A stretch of DNA of 64,000 nucleotides from a virus. Below, piece after piece: positions 9,628-20,246 of the stretch. Each line of letters starts with the position of its first letter. Within the stretch, counting starts at the first letter, position 1. The notes beneath the pieces were generated by a model that ran no database searches, was not told the DNA's origin, and worked only from the letters and a program-made list of their open reading frames with translations. The stretch spans positions 38,177-102,176 of IMG/VR virus record IMGVR_UViG_3300009085_000022; one strand, written 5' to 3'. A program made the position numbers and the translations under genes.

Positions 9628-10719
9628 TTAATATACTAAATTTTTATTCTTAGTTATTGTAGCATGAACCATTATCTCTCCATTGCACTTTTGTAAATCT
9701 AAAGGTGCAATATTTGTCTCTCCTAAATCAAATTGCCTTAAATAAATTTCTGCAGCTTCTAATACATCTAATAAAGCTGGTATGTCCCAATAACCATCTT
9801 GAATTCCCCATTCATGGAATTCTCTATGGCAAGTTTCAGACATTTTAGCAATAATAGGATATTTTGGCACTAATCTACTTATATAAAGAAATCTAAATAA
9901 ATCAACTGTATAAAAATCAAAAGATGGTAACTTATCTATAATTTTAGTTAATCCTTCTTTATATATTACCCCTTGATATCCATATTTATATTTATATAAA
10001 GCTGTTTTAACAAAGTTTCTAGGATAATCAGAACCGGTTTTAATATCCCAAGGGGAGATAATCTTATTATTATGATCAATATAGATAATATCAATTTTAG
10101 ATTTAAAGTTCATTCCTTCTAAATCAAATTTTATCTTAAATTGATATATTATTTCTACATTGTTCTGTTTTTGTTCATCTTTTGATATAAATAGATGTTT
10201 AGACCAAGGATGATTTCTTAACACTTCGGCTATATTATAAGCTTCAGTATACATACTCGAAGAAATAATTAATTTATCTCTATTATCTTCAAATATTTTT
10301 ATGTACTCTGAACATTCTGCTAATAATTTTTGCTTTTTAGTATCAACTTTCCAATTAACAGAAGAACCTGTTATATTATAAATATCTTCAATTTGATCAT
10401 TAGTTAAATTATTTAAATCCGCCCCCAATCCATTATCTAAAATATAAGTAGAAATTTTTAAAAATTGTTCAGAAGGTTTTAAATCATTTACTAATATTTT
10501 AGAATCAACAGATTCAGGTTCAGTTAACATAATATCAACGACAGACCCAAAATTAAAGTATTCTTTTTCTTCATGTTTTTGTTCTTGTATTAGAACTTCA
10601 GGATTATCATAAACATCTTTTATTCTGGAGTATGATAAACAATTTGATGCTTTATACTCTATATCATCTTTAAAAGATTCTTGTAATTGTAATAAACCAT
10701 ACGGTACAGATTCTTCCAT
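9628..10719 (-). CDS. PD-(D/E)XK family exonuclease-like protein
   Basis: LSYS, FGSVVD, KSKIDII...DIKT, Y..Q..Y motifs. Confidence 0.7.
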   Translation of the reverse strand: MEESVPYGLLQLQESFKDDIEYKASNCLSYSRIKDVYDNPEVLIQEQKHEEKEYFNFGSVVDIMLTEPESVDSKILVNDLKPSEQFLKISTYILDNGLGADLNNLTNDQIEDIYNITGSSVNWKVDTKKQKLLAECSEYIKIFEDNRDKLIISSSMYTEAYNIAEVLRNHPWSKHLFISKDEQKQNNVEIIYQFKIKFDLEGMNFKSKIDIIYIDHNNKIISPWDIKTGSDYPRNFVKTALYKYKYGYQGVIYKEGLTKIIDKLPSFDFYTVDLFRFLYISRLVPKYPIIAKMSETCHREFHEWGIQDGYWDIPALLDVLEAAEIYLRQFDLGETNIAPLDLQKCNGEIMVHATITKNKNLVY

Positions 10720-10733
10720 TTTTCAGTTATTAT

Positions 10734-10988
10734 TTATATGTTATTATCTATATAAGAAGATATAATTGCATCAAGTTCAATAGCATATCTACGTTTATCT
10801 TCATCAATTATTTTTAAATTAAAATAAATATCAGAATCTAATTCATAGATTATATTTTCTACTTTAATTCTTAATGGATGAGGATTTCCAGTTACAAAAT
10901 TACTAAATTCTTTTGAATTATTAGCATCTTCATCAAATATTTTTCTATATAATGTTTTAATATAATTTATATTATCTTCTTCTAGCAT
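10734..10988 (-). CDS. Hypothetical protein
   Basis: ORF in operon context. Confidence 0.55.
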   Translation of the reverse strand: MLEEDNINYIKTLYRKIFDEDANNSKEFSNFVTGNPHPLRIKVENIIYELDSDIYFNLKIIDEDKRRYAIELDAIISSYIDNNI

Positions 10989-10991
10989 ATA

Positions 10992-11681
10992 TTACCATAT
11001 TATATGAATATTATTAAATTTTAATAAATGTTCTCTTATTTTTACAAAATGATCACAATCCCATTCTACATTTTTATAAGCAGAATTAATAGGATGAGAA
11101 CTTGTAAGTATAGTATTAGAAACTGGGTAAATATCTCCTATAAAATTTTTAGCGTGTCCGCCCCATAAACAATAAGTTATTCCAGAATTAGTATAACTCA
11201 ATTTTTGTAATAGTTTTTTTGTAAAAACTGACCATAATTTTATATGACTTCCAGGTTTACCTTCTTCTACTGTTAAAGCTGTATTTAATAATAGTATACC
11301 TTGATTAGCCCATTTTTTTAATGATGGATCAAAATCAAAATTATGGCCATGATAAATAGTTTTACTTACGGTATCTTTTACAATTTGTAAAGAAGCACTT
11401 AGTATAGGAGTACGAGATTCATTAGCCAGTGCAATTCCTGTTGCAGACCCATTATAATATGGATCTTGCAACAAGATTACAACTGATAAATTTCTATAAG
11501 GGCACTCTTTAAAAGCTCTAAATACATTCTTTTGTTCTGGGTAAATTTTAGGACCCATATTATCTTTAGTAAATTTATAATATTCATTTACTGTATTTAA
11601 ATTTACAATAATTTCGTTATCACTAAAAATAGTTTGGAAAAACGGTTCCCAATCTCCTACCAAATCTGTTAATGTGGTCAT
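10992..11681 (-). CDS. ung: Uracil-DNA glycosylase (family 1)
   Basis: QDPY, ATGIA, LLLNTALTV, LWG, SHP motifs. Confidence 0.93.
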   Translation of the reverse strand: MTTLTDLVGDWEPFFQTIFSDNEIIVNLNTVNEYYKFTKDNMGPKIYPEQKNVFRAFKECPYRNLSVVILLQDPYYNGSATGIALANESRTPILSASLQIVKDTVSKTIYHGHNFDFDPSLKKWANQGILLLNTALTVEEGKPGSHIKLWSVFTKKLLQKLSYTNSGITYCLWGGHAKNFIGDIYPVSNTILTSSHPINSAYKNVEWDCDHFVKIREHLLKFNNIHIIW

Positions 11682-13135
11682 ACAAAAGGTGTTAGTGTAT
11701 ATAAATCTTTGTTTGAATGCTCCATAAGTATTTCAGCTTCTCCTACATTATCTTGCCTTTTAGAATAATGTTTTTTTCTTTCTTCAATGTATCTAATTAA
11801 AATATTAGAAACTTCATCAGGATAGAACTCTGTTAAAATAATTTTTAAATTTATAGGAGATATATCCTTTAATTCAGTAGTTCCTAATAAAGTTTGATAC
11901 TTTTTAGCATAAGCAAGAATAGCCATTGTAATATAAATCCAATTAATTACTTTTTGGTCATTCATTGTAGGCACATGACACCGAAACTCAATAGTCTCTT
12001 TTTTACCCCATAATAAAGGTACAAGATTAAGCCAATAGTATCTACTGTTAACTTCCCATTTGTGTTGACCATCTCTATCTAAAGGATGTTGTCCTGTTGG
12101 AAATCTGCCTGAAAATTCATTACCAGAGCTTAACCAGTGATAAATCACTTTAAAGATTTCATTAGTATCTGTTAAAGTAGCTCCTAAATTTGGTAATGGA
12201 TTACAATAAGATTTTCTTTTAAAGTTAGAAGTGTCTACATAATAGTAAGGAAATAATTTGTAAATTTCATCTTCAATTAATTGACCTAATCTGAATATAG
12301 ATACTATACCCTTTACAGTTTTTGGATAACCGCCTAAATGTATATGTAATGATTCTAAAGGAGAGCAACTACAGTATTTAAAAAGTAGTTTACAATTCTT
12401 TTTTATAGCTTGTATACCTTCTTTACCAAATAAAGGAATTGTTACATATTCAAATCCTGATATACTACCATCTTTACAAGCGATTAAACCATTAGGTTTT
12501 AATAAATTTTCAGGTATAGCACCTTTTTCAGTTTCAAATTCAACACCAAAAGTAAATCCTAGTTTCTCGATTAATTTATAATTATCAGATAATAAACTAT
12601 CTCCAACAAAGTTTTCTTTAAAATATTTAGAAAATTCTGCAATAAGATTATCACTATTATAATTTAAGGGAAAAGAATAGTAATTGTCTTTTCTAGGTTT
12701 TAACTTTATATTAAATTCTTTAGGAATATTAGCTTCTGTTGTACAGTAATAATAGCCATTTAACCCTTCAGCAATATTAGGAATCTTATTTACAATATCT
12801 ATACTTAAAATAGTTCTAAGTTTACCTTGAATGAAAATCTTAGTATTACGTAATCTATTTGAAGTAAATTTTCCAAAAGTGATTCCTTCATCCCAAGTCC
12901 AATCTACAATTCCTTCTACTACTCTTTCGTTATTATTTAAAAGTTTCCAGAGATTGTATTCATAATCATAAAAAATATATCCACTATTTACCCTGTACCA
13001 CTTATCATTTATTAAAAAGCATTGTTTATTTTTAATATAAAAATTGCCTTTAATAAACCTACATTCCTTTCGGATTGCTGGTGTACCATCATAAGTTTTT
13101 ATCAACTGCTCCATAGCTTCAATTAAATACTTCAT
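11678..13135 (-). CDS. Putative amidoligase (COOH-NH2 ligase fold)
   Basis: TFGVEFET, DGSI..FEYVT, HIHLG, RY..LN, TIEFR motifs. Confidence 0.8.
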   Translation of the reverse strand: MKYLIEAMEQLIKTYDGTPAIRKECRFIKGNFYIKNKQCFLINDKWYRVNSGYIFYDYEYNLWKLLNNNERVVEGIVDWTWDEGITFGKFTSNRLRNTKIFIQGKLRTILSIDIVNKIPNIAEGLNGYYYCTTEANIPKEFNIKLKPRKDNYYSFPLNYNSDNLIAEFSKYFKENFVGDSLLSDNYKLIEKLGFTFGVEFETEKGAIPENLLKPNGLIACKDGSISGFEYVTIPLFGKEGIQAIKKNCKLLFKYCSCSPLESLHIHLGGYPKTVKGIVSIFRLGQLIEDEIYKLFPYYYVDTSNFKRKSYCNPLPNLGATLTDTNEIFKVIYHWLSSGNEFSGRFPTGQHPLDRDGQHKWEVNSRYYWLNLVPLLWGKKETIEFRCHVPTMNDQKVINWIYITMAILAYAKKYQTLLGTTELKDISPINLKIILTEFYPDEVSNILIRYIEERKKHYSKRQDNVGEAEILMEHSNKDLYTLTPFV

Positions 13136-15134
13136 AATTTACTTCTTTTTCTAATAAAGTTGCTAAAGTTTTTTTACAGGCATTACAATCAGTACAACTA
13201 TGAAATGTAAAATGATTTTTATGCTCACAAGTTGAACACGCTCCTCTTACAGAATTTGTAAAATCTCTTAGAAAATGGATTAACATTAACTGTATACTCT
13301 TTTCGTCTTTTAAACTAGATGTAGCTAATAAAATATTTTGAAAAGGTGAAAAAGGATTATCCATATTCTCTAAGTTATATAATCTGTATCCTACTATATA
13401 TTCACTAGTTTTTGTAACACTCATTTTACAATCACTAAAATACAAATTTACTAGTCCTTGATCATCACTGGAATGTGTAGCTGTTTTACTTTCTTTTTTA
13501 GTGTCTATTATAGAAACTAAATCTCCTTTATCAAAAGTATATTCTTTATTTGAAAACAAAGGAGCAAAAGATCCAGTATAGTACATATCAAAACTATCTT
13601 CTTTATTAAAATGATCACGACAATCTTGTTCCCCATATGTATCAGTTAAAGATACAGTAGGATAAGCTGAATATTTAGTTATTTTTGAGGTAAAATCTTG
13701 TTCCTCGCTTTCTAAATAAATAGGATTTTGTTTTAAATCCATCATAAAATCTTCATGGATTTTTAATGCTTTTTTATAGGCAAGTATACCATCCATCATA
13801 ATACCTTCAATAAAATAATAGATTTTTAATATAGCAATATCTTTAGTATACCTACCAGGAATTGCTCCTAGTACGTTTAAAGGATATATACCATGCATTA
13901 ATCCTTTATTCATCCAGAATCTACCTTTATTAAAGACAGCTCTTTTTAATCCTTTAGTAAGAAAATCATTATTTATTTCAGCTTGTAATCTAACTGGCTC
14001 ATCTATATGAAGTTTTCTAATAAAAATATGCAGATTTTTATGAAATTCCGCAATTCTTTCTAAATTATCGTGTCTTCCTATTACATTATATTTAGTTGGT
14101 ATTGCCGGTAATGAATTTTTACCTTCACTATATTTAAAAGGTAAATCATCCCAATCTTTATGATTTGCAAATCCAAAATGTGCATATAAATTTCTATGCT
14201 TATTCCAATTAATTGAATTATCCTTATATTTAGTTTTATCGTATACGTAAGGAGTATTCTGCAAACAGTTAGACCTATCTATTAAATTATTGCCAACTAA
14301 TATTCCTTGTTTAAAAACAAATAAAGTATTTGTAGCAAGATCTATAATAAATTCATTAGTACCTCCTATAAATTTTAAAGATTCTTCTATTGAAGAAAAA
14401 TAAATATTATTAGGCCCGATTGTCCAGGTAAATAAGGGACGTTCTTCTGAAACTACTTTAGAATAATCTTGTGCTTTGGATTCGCCTTTAAATATATAAG
14501 TTTTGCCAGTAATATGATTTTGCCAAACAAGGGCAGCAGTTCCAACATATTTAGTTAAAACATCGTGATTACCATAAAATAAGATACTTAACAATACTTT
14601 AGAATCATTATGGTCTTCTAAAGAGATACCATAACTAGTAGCTAATTCTTTATAATTATCAATAGTTCCATTATGAATGCCAGAAAAAACAATATCATCA
14701 TTTTGTAAATCTTTAATAGCTTTTTTTAAATGAGTATCCTTAATGGCTTTCATATTAAGATCTTTCTTTCTAAGAATTATAGGTTGAGCATACATATCTG
14801 CTTTACCGCCAGAAGAGGCTTTTCTACTATGTCCTAATACAGTATTACTAATAATAGGTACAGTAGGGCTTTTAACTTCTTGTACAAATTCATTATAAGT
14901 TTTTAATTTATCTAACCCATATTCACAAGAATTGTTAAACACTCTACCACAAGCATCACCCCCTCTTTTATCATTAATATACCCTAAAATATTAAATTTA
15001 TCCCATGAAAAATTAGTATTAGGATCTGTACCAATAAACCCAAATAGTCCACAACCATATATAATATAAGGGTCATTAGTAACAAAAAAGTTAATAATAC
15101 CTATTATCCATATTAATATTAATAATATTTTCAT
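13119..15134 (-). CDS. Class II (Ntn) glutamine amidotransferase-domain protein
   Basis: CGLFGF, RGGDACG, GHSRKAS, HNGTI.NY, DS motifs; catalytic Cys at residue 28. Confidence 0.82.
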   Translation of the reverse strand: MKILLILIWIIGIINFFVTNDPYIIYGCGLFGFIGTDPNTNFSWDKFNILGYINDKRGGDACGRVFNNSCEYGLDKLKTYNEFVQEVKSPTVPIISNTVLGHSRKASSGGKADMYAQPIILRKKDLNMKAIKDTHLKKAIKDLQNDDIVFSGIHNGTIDNYKELATSYGISLEDHNDSKVLLSILFYGNHDVLTKYVGTAALVWQNHITGKTYIFKGESKAQDYSKVVSEERPLFTWTIGPNNIYFSSIEESLKFIGGTNEFIIDLATNTLFVFKQGILVGNNLIDRSNCLQNTPYVYDKTKYKDNSINWNKHRNLYAHFGFANHKDWDDLPFKYSEGKNSLPAIPTKYNVIGRHDNLERIAEFHKNLHIFIRKLHIDEPVRLQAEINNDFLTKGLKRAVFNKGRFWMNKGLMHGIYPLNVLGAIPGRYTKDIAILKIYYFIEGIMMDGILAYKKALKIHEDFMMDLKQNPIYLESEEQDFTSKITKYSAYPTVSLTDTYGEQDCRDHFNKEDSFDMYYTGSFAPLFSNKEYTFDKGDLVSIIDTKKESKTATHSSDDQGLVNLYFSDCKMSVTKTSEYIVGYRLYNLENMDNPFSPFQNILLATSSLKDEKSIQLMLIHFLRDFTNSVRGACSTCEHKNHFTFHSCTDCNACKKTLATLLEKEVNYEVFN

Positions 15135-15997
15135 AAATCTTTAATTTCATTAAATGTTTGTTTCAAATTTTCATAATTTTTAAAAGATTGTAAAAGACTT
15201 TTAAATAGAAGTTTCATATCTGATATTAAATCTGATGTGATATAGGATTTATTATACAAGACATACAAATCTTCTTTAGTACATAGATTGATAAAACTTT
15301 CTATTTTCATAACTTGATCCCATACCCAAGATAAATGTTGTTCCTGGGTGTAATAGCTACTTAAAGTTCTACATTCTACTCCATATGTTTTACTTCTGAT
15401 AACTCCCCATCTGCCATATGTTTTAATTCTTTCTATCTCAGGTTTAATTTCATGTGACGGTATAGTAAGAAATAAATCAAATAATCTTCCTATCATAATA
15501 TCAGTATATATTTTACCATCATTTCCTTTAAGTATGGGCTCATCATATCCTATATGAATATGAAATCCAGCTACTCTAAATTTATAATTATCTAAACGAG
15601 GAGTTGCTTTAGTTTCAAATCCAGTATACATATTACTTAACCAGGTATCAATAACTGTAGAACAACCAAAATCACAAGCTTCTCTGGTTTTAAGATACCT
15701 TTTAGCAAAATATTCTACACCATTAGGAGATAATGAATATCCTACTGGAGTTACTTTATCACTAAAATATTTTCTTATTTTAACCATATTACTTACAAAT
15801 TCTTGTCTTGTATAAGCTTTTGGGATATTACCTTCAAAAGAAATATTATCTAATTGTTCAAAATATCCTTCTCCTAATTCATTAATAGCTGAAGGATTAT
15901 CTTTAGTTCCTTTTGCAAATAAAGTTGCCGGAAAAGGTTGTCCTTTTGGGTCATACACGAAAAATTCAGGATCAGATCCTAATGTTATAAACTTCAT
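15131..15997 (-). CDS. phiEco32-like COOH-NH2 ligase type 2
   Basis: LGSDPEFF, DNxxxExNI, FGC, GFHIHIG, YGVECRTLS motifs. Confidence 0.85.
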   Translation of the reverse strand: MKFITLGSDPEFFVYDPKGQPFPATLFAKGTKDNPSAINELGEGYFEQLDNISFEGNIPKAYTRQEFVSNMVKIRKYFSDKVTPVGYSLSPNGVEYFAKRYLKTREACDFGCSTVIDTWLSNMYTGFETKATPRLDNYKFRVAGFHIHIGYDEPILKGNDGKIYTDIMIGRLFDLFLTIPSHEIKPEIERIKTYGRWGVIRSKTYGVECRTLSSYYTQEQHLSWVWDQVMKIESFINLCTKEDLYVLYNKSYITSDLISDMKLLFKSLLQSFKNYENLKQTFNEIKDL

Positions 15998-17268
15998 AGT
16001 TCATCAATATTAAAATTAGATTTTTTATACCTTCTTATTCTTTCATCATCTCCTTTAATAAAGAAAAAATCATCCTGTTCTGATTCTATTGAATACGTAC
16101 TTTTTAATTTTAAATTGATAAACCTTGTAAGTTTTTCTGGTTTTAAAGTTAAAATATTAACAGAACCTAATATAATTTTACATAATTCTTCAATATTCTC
16201 ATTCTTATATAAAGCAATGATTTTATTTTGTATTACTGGAGAATAGTTTTGTTGTAATTTACGAAAAAAATCATTAGAAGAATCACTTGAATAATTTTTA
16301 ATAAGTTTTTCAAATTTTTCTTTAGATAGTAGTTTAAAACGCCTTACTCCAGTTAGCCACCAATACTCATATATACTAAATCCCATTTGAGCTATTAATA
16401 TAGCATTCCAGAAATATAAATCAGGTTTAAGTTCTTTTACTCTATAATACTGATTTACAAAAATATTTAATTCTGGAGAAATTCCAGCTCTAATAAAATG
16501 ATGTATTAGGTAGCTTTCTAAAGAATAAGTTCTTTTAGTATGTAATACTTTTAATATTATACGATCATGAAGTTCAGTACTCTGAAAAAGAATTTGTGAT
16601 GTTAAATACTTTTCATTAGAATATAAAATTTCTTTTACATATTGATAAAAATTATCACCATTTATGTTAATTTCAGATAGATAAATATAAACCTCGTTAC
16701 TATAATTATTTTTAAAAAAACTTCGATATCTGCTTTTTTTATCAAGTAAATTTTTAATTTTTAGATTATTAAGATAATATTCAAAAGCTTCTAAAATAGT
16801 AATAGGTTTTACCAAAGTTTTATATACTTGTAAAAAGTCCTCTAATATAAAATATAAATCAATAATTTCATAATTATCTTTTGTTTTTAAAGTAATCAGT
16901 TTACCTGTTTCATTGCTAAAATTAGTATATTCTAAATGTTTTGATTTATGATGATCACTACTTGGAACAAGATTTTCTTTTAATTCAAGATAAGAACTTT
17001 CTGGTAAAATTTCAAGATCTAATGTTGGAAAATTAGGTTTAAGTTCTTCTATCCAACGTGTAAAATCTTCTCTATTAACTCCTAAAGGTAAAATATAAAA
17101 CCAGTTCGATTTAGTATTTCTAACTTCTCTGGTACAGGATATACTATCATAAGTATATCTAGTACCTTTTTTTAAAGAAGTTTCTTTAGTTTTTATATAA
17201 TCTAAATATATTGTACTTTTATATCTTTGATATGTACAGTCTAATGGATCATATACAAGTTTATGCAT
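15994..17268 (-). CDS. Hypothetical protein within the ligase cluster
   Basis: 424-aa ORF overlapping both neighbours. Confidence 0.7.
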   Translation of the reverse strand: MHKLVYDPLDCTYQRYKSTIYLDYIKTKETSLKKGTRYTYDSISCTREVRNTKSNWFYILPLGVNREDFTRWIEELKPNFPTLDLEILPESSYLELKENLVPSSDHHKSKHLEYTNFSNETGKLITLKTKDNYEIIDLYFILEDFLQVYKTLVKPITILEAFEYYLNNLKIKNLLDKKSRYRSFFKNNYSNEVYIYLSEININGDNFYQYVKEILYSNEKYLTSQILFQSTELHDRIILKVLHTKRTYSLESYLIHHFIRAGISPELNIFVNQYYRVKELKPDLYFWNAILIAQMGFSIYEYWWLTGVRRFKLLSKEKFEKLIKNYSSDSSNDFFRKLQQNYSPVIQNKIIALYKNENIEELCKIILGSVNILTLKPEKLTRFINLKLKSTYSIESEQDDFFFIKGDDERIRRYKKSNFNIDEL

Positions 17269-18094
17269 ACCCTTTATTATTTATTAATTTTGTTATAACT
17301 TCTTTATATTTGATAATGCCTAAATCTCCTAATGCTGGGGCACTGTTTATTTCGCATACTATAAATTTTGGATCTCTTTGCGTATTAGATTGTACTCTGA
17401 TATCTACTGCACCAATATCTAAACCAGTAGAATTAACACAATTACAGGCTGCTTTTTCCATCTCTTTCCAACATCTTGGACGATCAAATAGTTTATGATC
17501 TTCTCCTACCCAATTGGAATTAATAGAATTAAAAAACCATCTTTCTTTAGCATCTTTAGTCCTAAGTTTACGCCACGATAAAAATACTCCTATATCTTTA
17601 GCTACATGTAATCTATATTCTCTGGCATAATTATAGAACTTTTCAAAGTACCAACCATCAAAATTACCTTCAAAATGGCGATGTTTAGTTATCCAGGCTT
17701 TTAATTCTTCTTGATTATTAATCAATTCCATTCCTCTTCCCTGAAATCCAAATATTCTTTTAATTACGATTGGAAAATCCATTCCTTCTATACCAGTAAT
17801 ATCAGATACAGTTTGAAAACCAGTTTTTTTTATAGTTGGGATATCAATATCTATACACCATTCTGCCTGTGGAACTTTTAATTGTTTAAAACACTCCTTC
17901 ATACGAAGTTTTGATCTACTATTTTGGATAGCATCTATTGTATTAATTTCAATAATACCTGGGATTCTACCAAAAATTTTTTCAGTTTTAGTCAAAGATC
18001 CTAATCTTACAATTGCTTTAAAATCAGTTAATATTGATTTTCTTAATGGTTTTGCAGTAAAATTAGCAGTACGAACTCTAGCAAATCTTTTCAT
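17261..18094 (-). CDS. ATP-grasp (RimK-like) ligase
   Basis: FPIVIK..G.QGRGM, REYRLHV, GAVDI, CEINSAPAL motifs. Confidence 0.85.
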   Translation of the reverse strand: MKRFARVRTANFTAKPLRKSILTDFKAIVRLGSLTKTEKIFGRIPGIIEINTIDAIQNSRSKLRMKECFKQLKVPQAEWCIDIDIPTIKKTGFQTVSDITGIEGMDFPIVIKRIFGFQGRGMELINNQEELKAWITKHRHFEGNFDGWYFEKFYNYAREYRLHVAKDIGVFLSWRKLRTKDAKERWFFNSINSNWVGEDHKLFDRPRCWKEMEKAACNCVNSTGLDIGAVDIRVQSNTQRDPKFIVCEINSAPALGDLGIIKYKEVITKLINNKGYA

Positions 18095-18486
18095 CTATTA
18101 GGTAGTTTTGTTTTAAAATAAGTTTTCCAATCTCCAGATTCAACAAAATTTCTGGAATTTTTATGTATATTATTATATACATATATATAAGCCTTGCCAA
18201 ATTCAGTATCGATTTCTAATCTATCATACATACCGAATTTAGGGTTAGTAGCTACAAATCCTTCTAAGCGATCTAATCGTTTTAAGGTATTCTCATCTAC
18301 TTCATACACTTCTCCTTTTATTTCAATAGGATTATCATTATTTAAGATAACACCAGGAAACCAACCTAAGTCTACCATAGAAAAAAGCTTGGGGCTTTTT
18401 GTTTCCCCAAGCTTTGTACTTTCAACTAATAAACCATGATTTCCTAATCCACTTAATAATGAGCCATAAACAAATACTTTATTCAT
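18091..18486 (-). CDS. Gamma-glutamylcyclotransferase (AIG2-like)
   Basis: VFVYGSL, FPG, GEVYEV, LDRLEG, SGDW motifs. Confidence 0.9.
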   Translation of the reverse strand: MNKVFVYGSLLSGLGNHGLLVESTKLGETKSPKLFSMVDLGWFPGVILNNDNPIEIKGEVYEVDENTLKRLDRLEGFVATNPKFGMYDRLEIDTEFGKAYIYVYNNIHKNSRNFVESGDWKTYFKTKLPNR

Positions 18487-18490
18487 TATT

Positions 18491-19225
18491 CTAATTTTCT
18501 TTAATTTCTACTTGAATAAATTGTTCAACTTCATTATTCTTAGACCTTTGAAGTAATTCTAAGATAATATAATCTCCTAATGGATCATTATGAAGCTCTT
18601 CTGGATGGTATTGTAACCCATATATAGGCAATCTTCGATGTCTGAATACTTCAATATTTGGATTCTTTTTACCAGAATAAACTCCCAGTATTTCTAATGT
18701 ATGATCAGGAAAATTATATGTTGATACACATTGATGGTGCATAGAATTAACTTTAATTCTTCCTTTACCATTAGCTCTTTCATATTCAGTTTTAAAAGTC
18801 GAAGGAACTAATTCTATATCATGTACTGTATCAAATCTGGTTTTATCATTAGTTTCATGAAACATATGCTGAATTAATTTTGCTCCATATAAAACAGCAA
18901 GACTTTGACAACCACGACAAATTCCTAGTACGCTGATGCCTAATGCAATATACTCAGGTAATATCTGAGTATCCATATATTCTTTTATTGGATCAGGTTT
19001 TGATGTGTAAAAATGAGGAATAGCATTATATCTTCCAGGATCAACATCTGCACCACCTGGGACAACTATTAAATCAATTCTTTCGTCCACAGGTTCTTCT
19101 GGTGATATTATTCTAACATTGCCAAATCCTCCTAAATATTCCATATAGGCAATACTAGACCCAAAACTATTATCTCCAGTTTTCCAACCAAACAGTCCGA
19201 TTAAAGGTGTTTCATTTTGTGGCAT
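18491..19225 (-). CDS. Peptidase C26 / gamma-glutamyl hydrolase (class I GATase fold)
   Basis: PGGADVDP, GICRGCQ, VNSMHHQ, QYHPE motifs. Confidence 0.9.
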   Translation of the reverse strand: MPQNETPLIGLFGWKTGDNSFGSSIAYMEYLGGFGNVRIISPEEPVDERIDLIVVPGGADVDPGRYNAIPHFYTSKPDPIKEYMDTQILPEYIALGISVLGICRGCQSLAVLYGAKLIQHMFHETNDKTRFDTVHDIELVPSTFKTEYERANGKGRIKVNSMHHQCVSTYNFPDHTLEILGVYSGKKNPNIEVFRHRRLPIYGLQYHPEELHNDPLGDYIILELLQRSKNNEVEQFIQVEIKEN

Positions 19226-19227
19226 AA

Positions 19228-19569
19228 TTATATCGTTTTATAAGTAGGTATATTAAATCCTATTTTTAAAGAAGTACTGTCAACTAATGTAAATTGTTTT
19301 ACACAATCTATAAAAGTTTTAACTCCAAGATCAGTAGTTGATACTGGTATTACAGTTTTTCCTGTAATTTTATTTGAATATAACCTACCTTCTGCTTTTG
19401 CTCTACCGACTTTTTTTGCAAAAGTATCTTTAGGACTGCATAATGCAATACTAAGTTTAAGAAAATTCTTTGATTTTCTTAGGATTCTTTTCTCTGTAGA
19501 ATAAAGTCCTGCAATAGTAAACCGTTGATTATCAACAGTTGTACCGTGAAAAAATAACACATTTTCCAT
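19228..19569 (-). CDS. Hypothetical phage protein
   Basis: ORF with CSPKDxFxKKVGR motif seen in phage proteins. Confidence 0.6.
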   Translation of the reverse strand: MENVLFFHGTTVDNQRFTIAGLYSTEKRILRKSKNFLKLSIALCSPKDTFAKKVGRAKAEGRLYSNKITGKTVIPVSTTDLGVKTFIDCVKQFTLVDSTSLKIGFNIPTYKTI

Positions 19570-19572
19570 AAG

Positions 19573-19743
19573 TTAATTTTTTTTAATTTTTAATAAATCT
19601 TCAATGTTTGTTATTGTATTAATATTTTCTATAATTTGTTTACCAAATTTTAGCATACTATTAAGTATGTAGTTTTTTTCTACTGGATTTAAAGCTAATT
19701 TAAATCTAATTTCTTCGTCTAATATTTCTTCTGCTGAGTCCAT
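19573..19743 (-). CDS. 56-aa protein (MDSAEEIL...), not in the ORF track
   Basis: Read manually; N terminus resembles the adjacent MKTAEEIL ORF. Confidence 0.55.
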   Translation of the reverse strand: MDSAEEILDEEIRFKLALNPVEKNYILNSMLKFGKQIIENINTITNIEDLLKIKKN

Positions 19744-19762
19744 ATTTTTATATTTTATCTAT

Positions 19763-20023
19763 TTACTTATCCTTCAAAGCCTGGAGTTCGGCTTCAATCC
19801 TTTTTATATCTGAATTGTATGCCAAATGTCCATGAGCAACATTTTTGTAACATACTATCAACATTTCCATCTTCTCAATGATAGCCTTGTCGGTAGCTGA
19901 ACTCTGGGCGGCGAACTCTTGCATAGCATCTATAATTGCTACATGATATTCACAAGCATATTTATCAAATGGCACATTTATTTTACCACAATGCCTTTCA
20001 AGTATTTCTTCTGCTGTTTTCAT
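19763..20023 (-). CDS. Hypothetical protein (MKTAEEIL...)
   Basis: ORF in a visibly less AT-rich patch. Confidence 0.6.
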   Translation of the reverse strand: MKTAEEILERHCGKINVPFDKYACEYHVAIIDAMQEFAAQSSATDKAIIEKMEMLIVCYKNVAHGHLAYNSDIKRIEAELQALKDK

Positions 20024-20246
20024 ATCTGTGTTAGTTGTTAAACTTCATTATAATCAACCTGAAGCGGTTGTAATATCTCATCTATCTGATATGTGTCATA
20101 AACAATGTTATCAGATTTAAGCCAGTCAGGAAGCAATACTTTTGCCTCAGCAATAGAGTATCCAGATATATCATAACATATTCTGGCTTTTTCTCCATTA
20201 AACGTGTAATTTATAAATACCAACATATCTCTGTTATTTGATTAGA

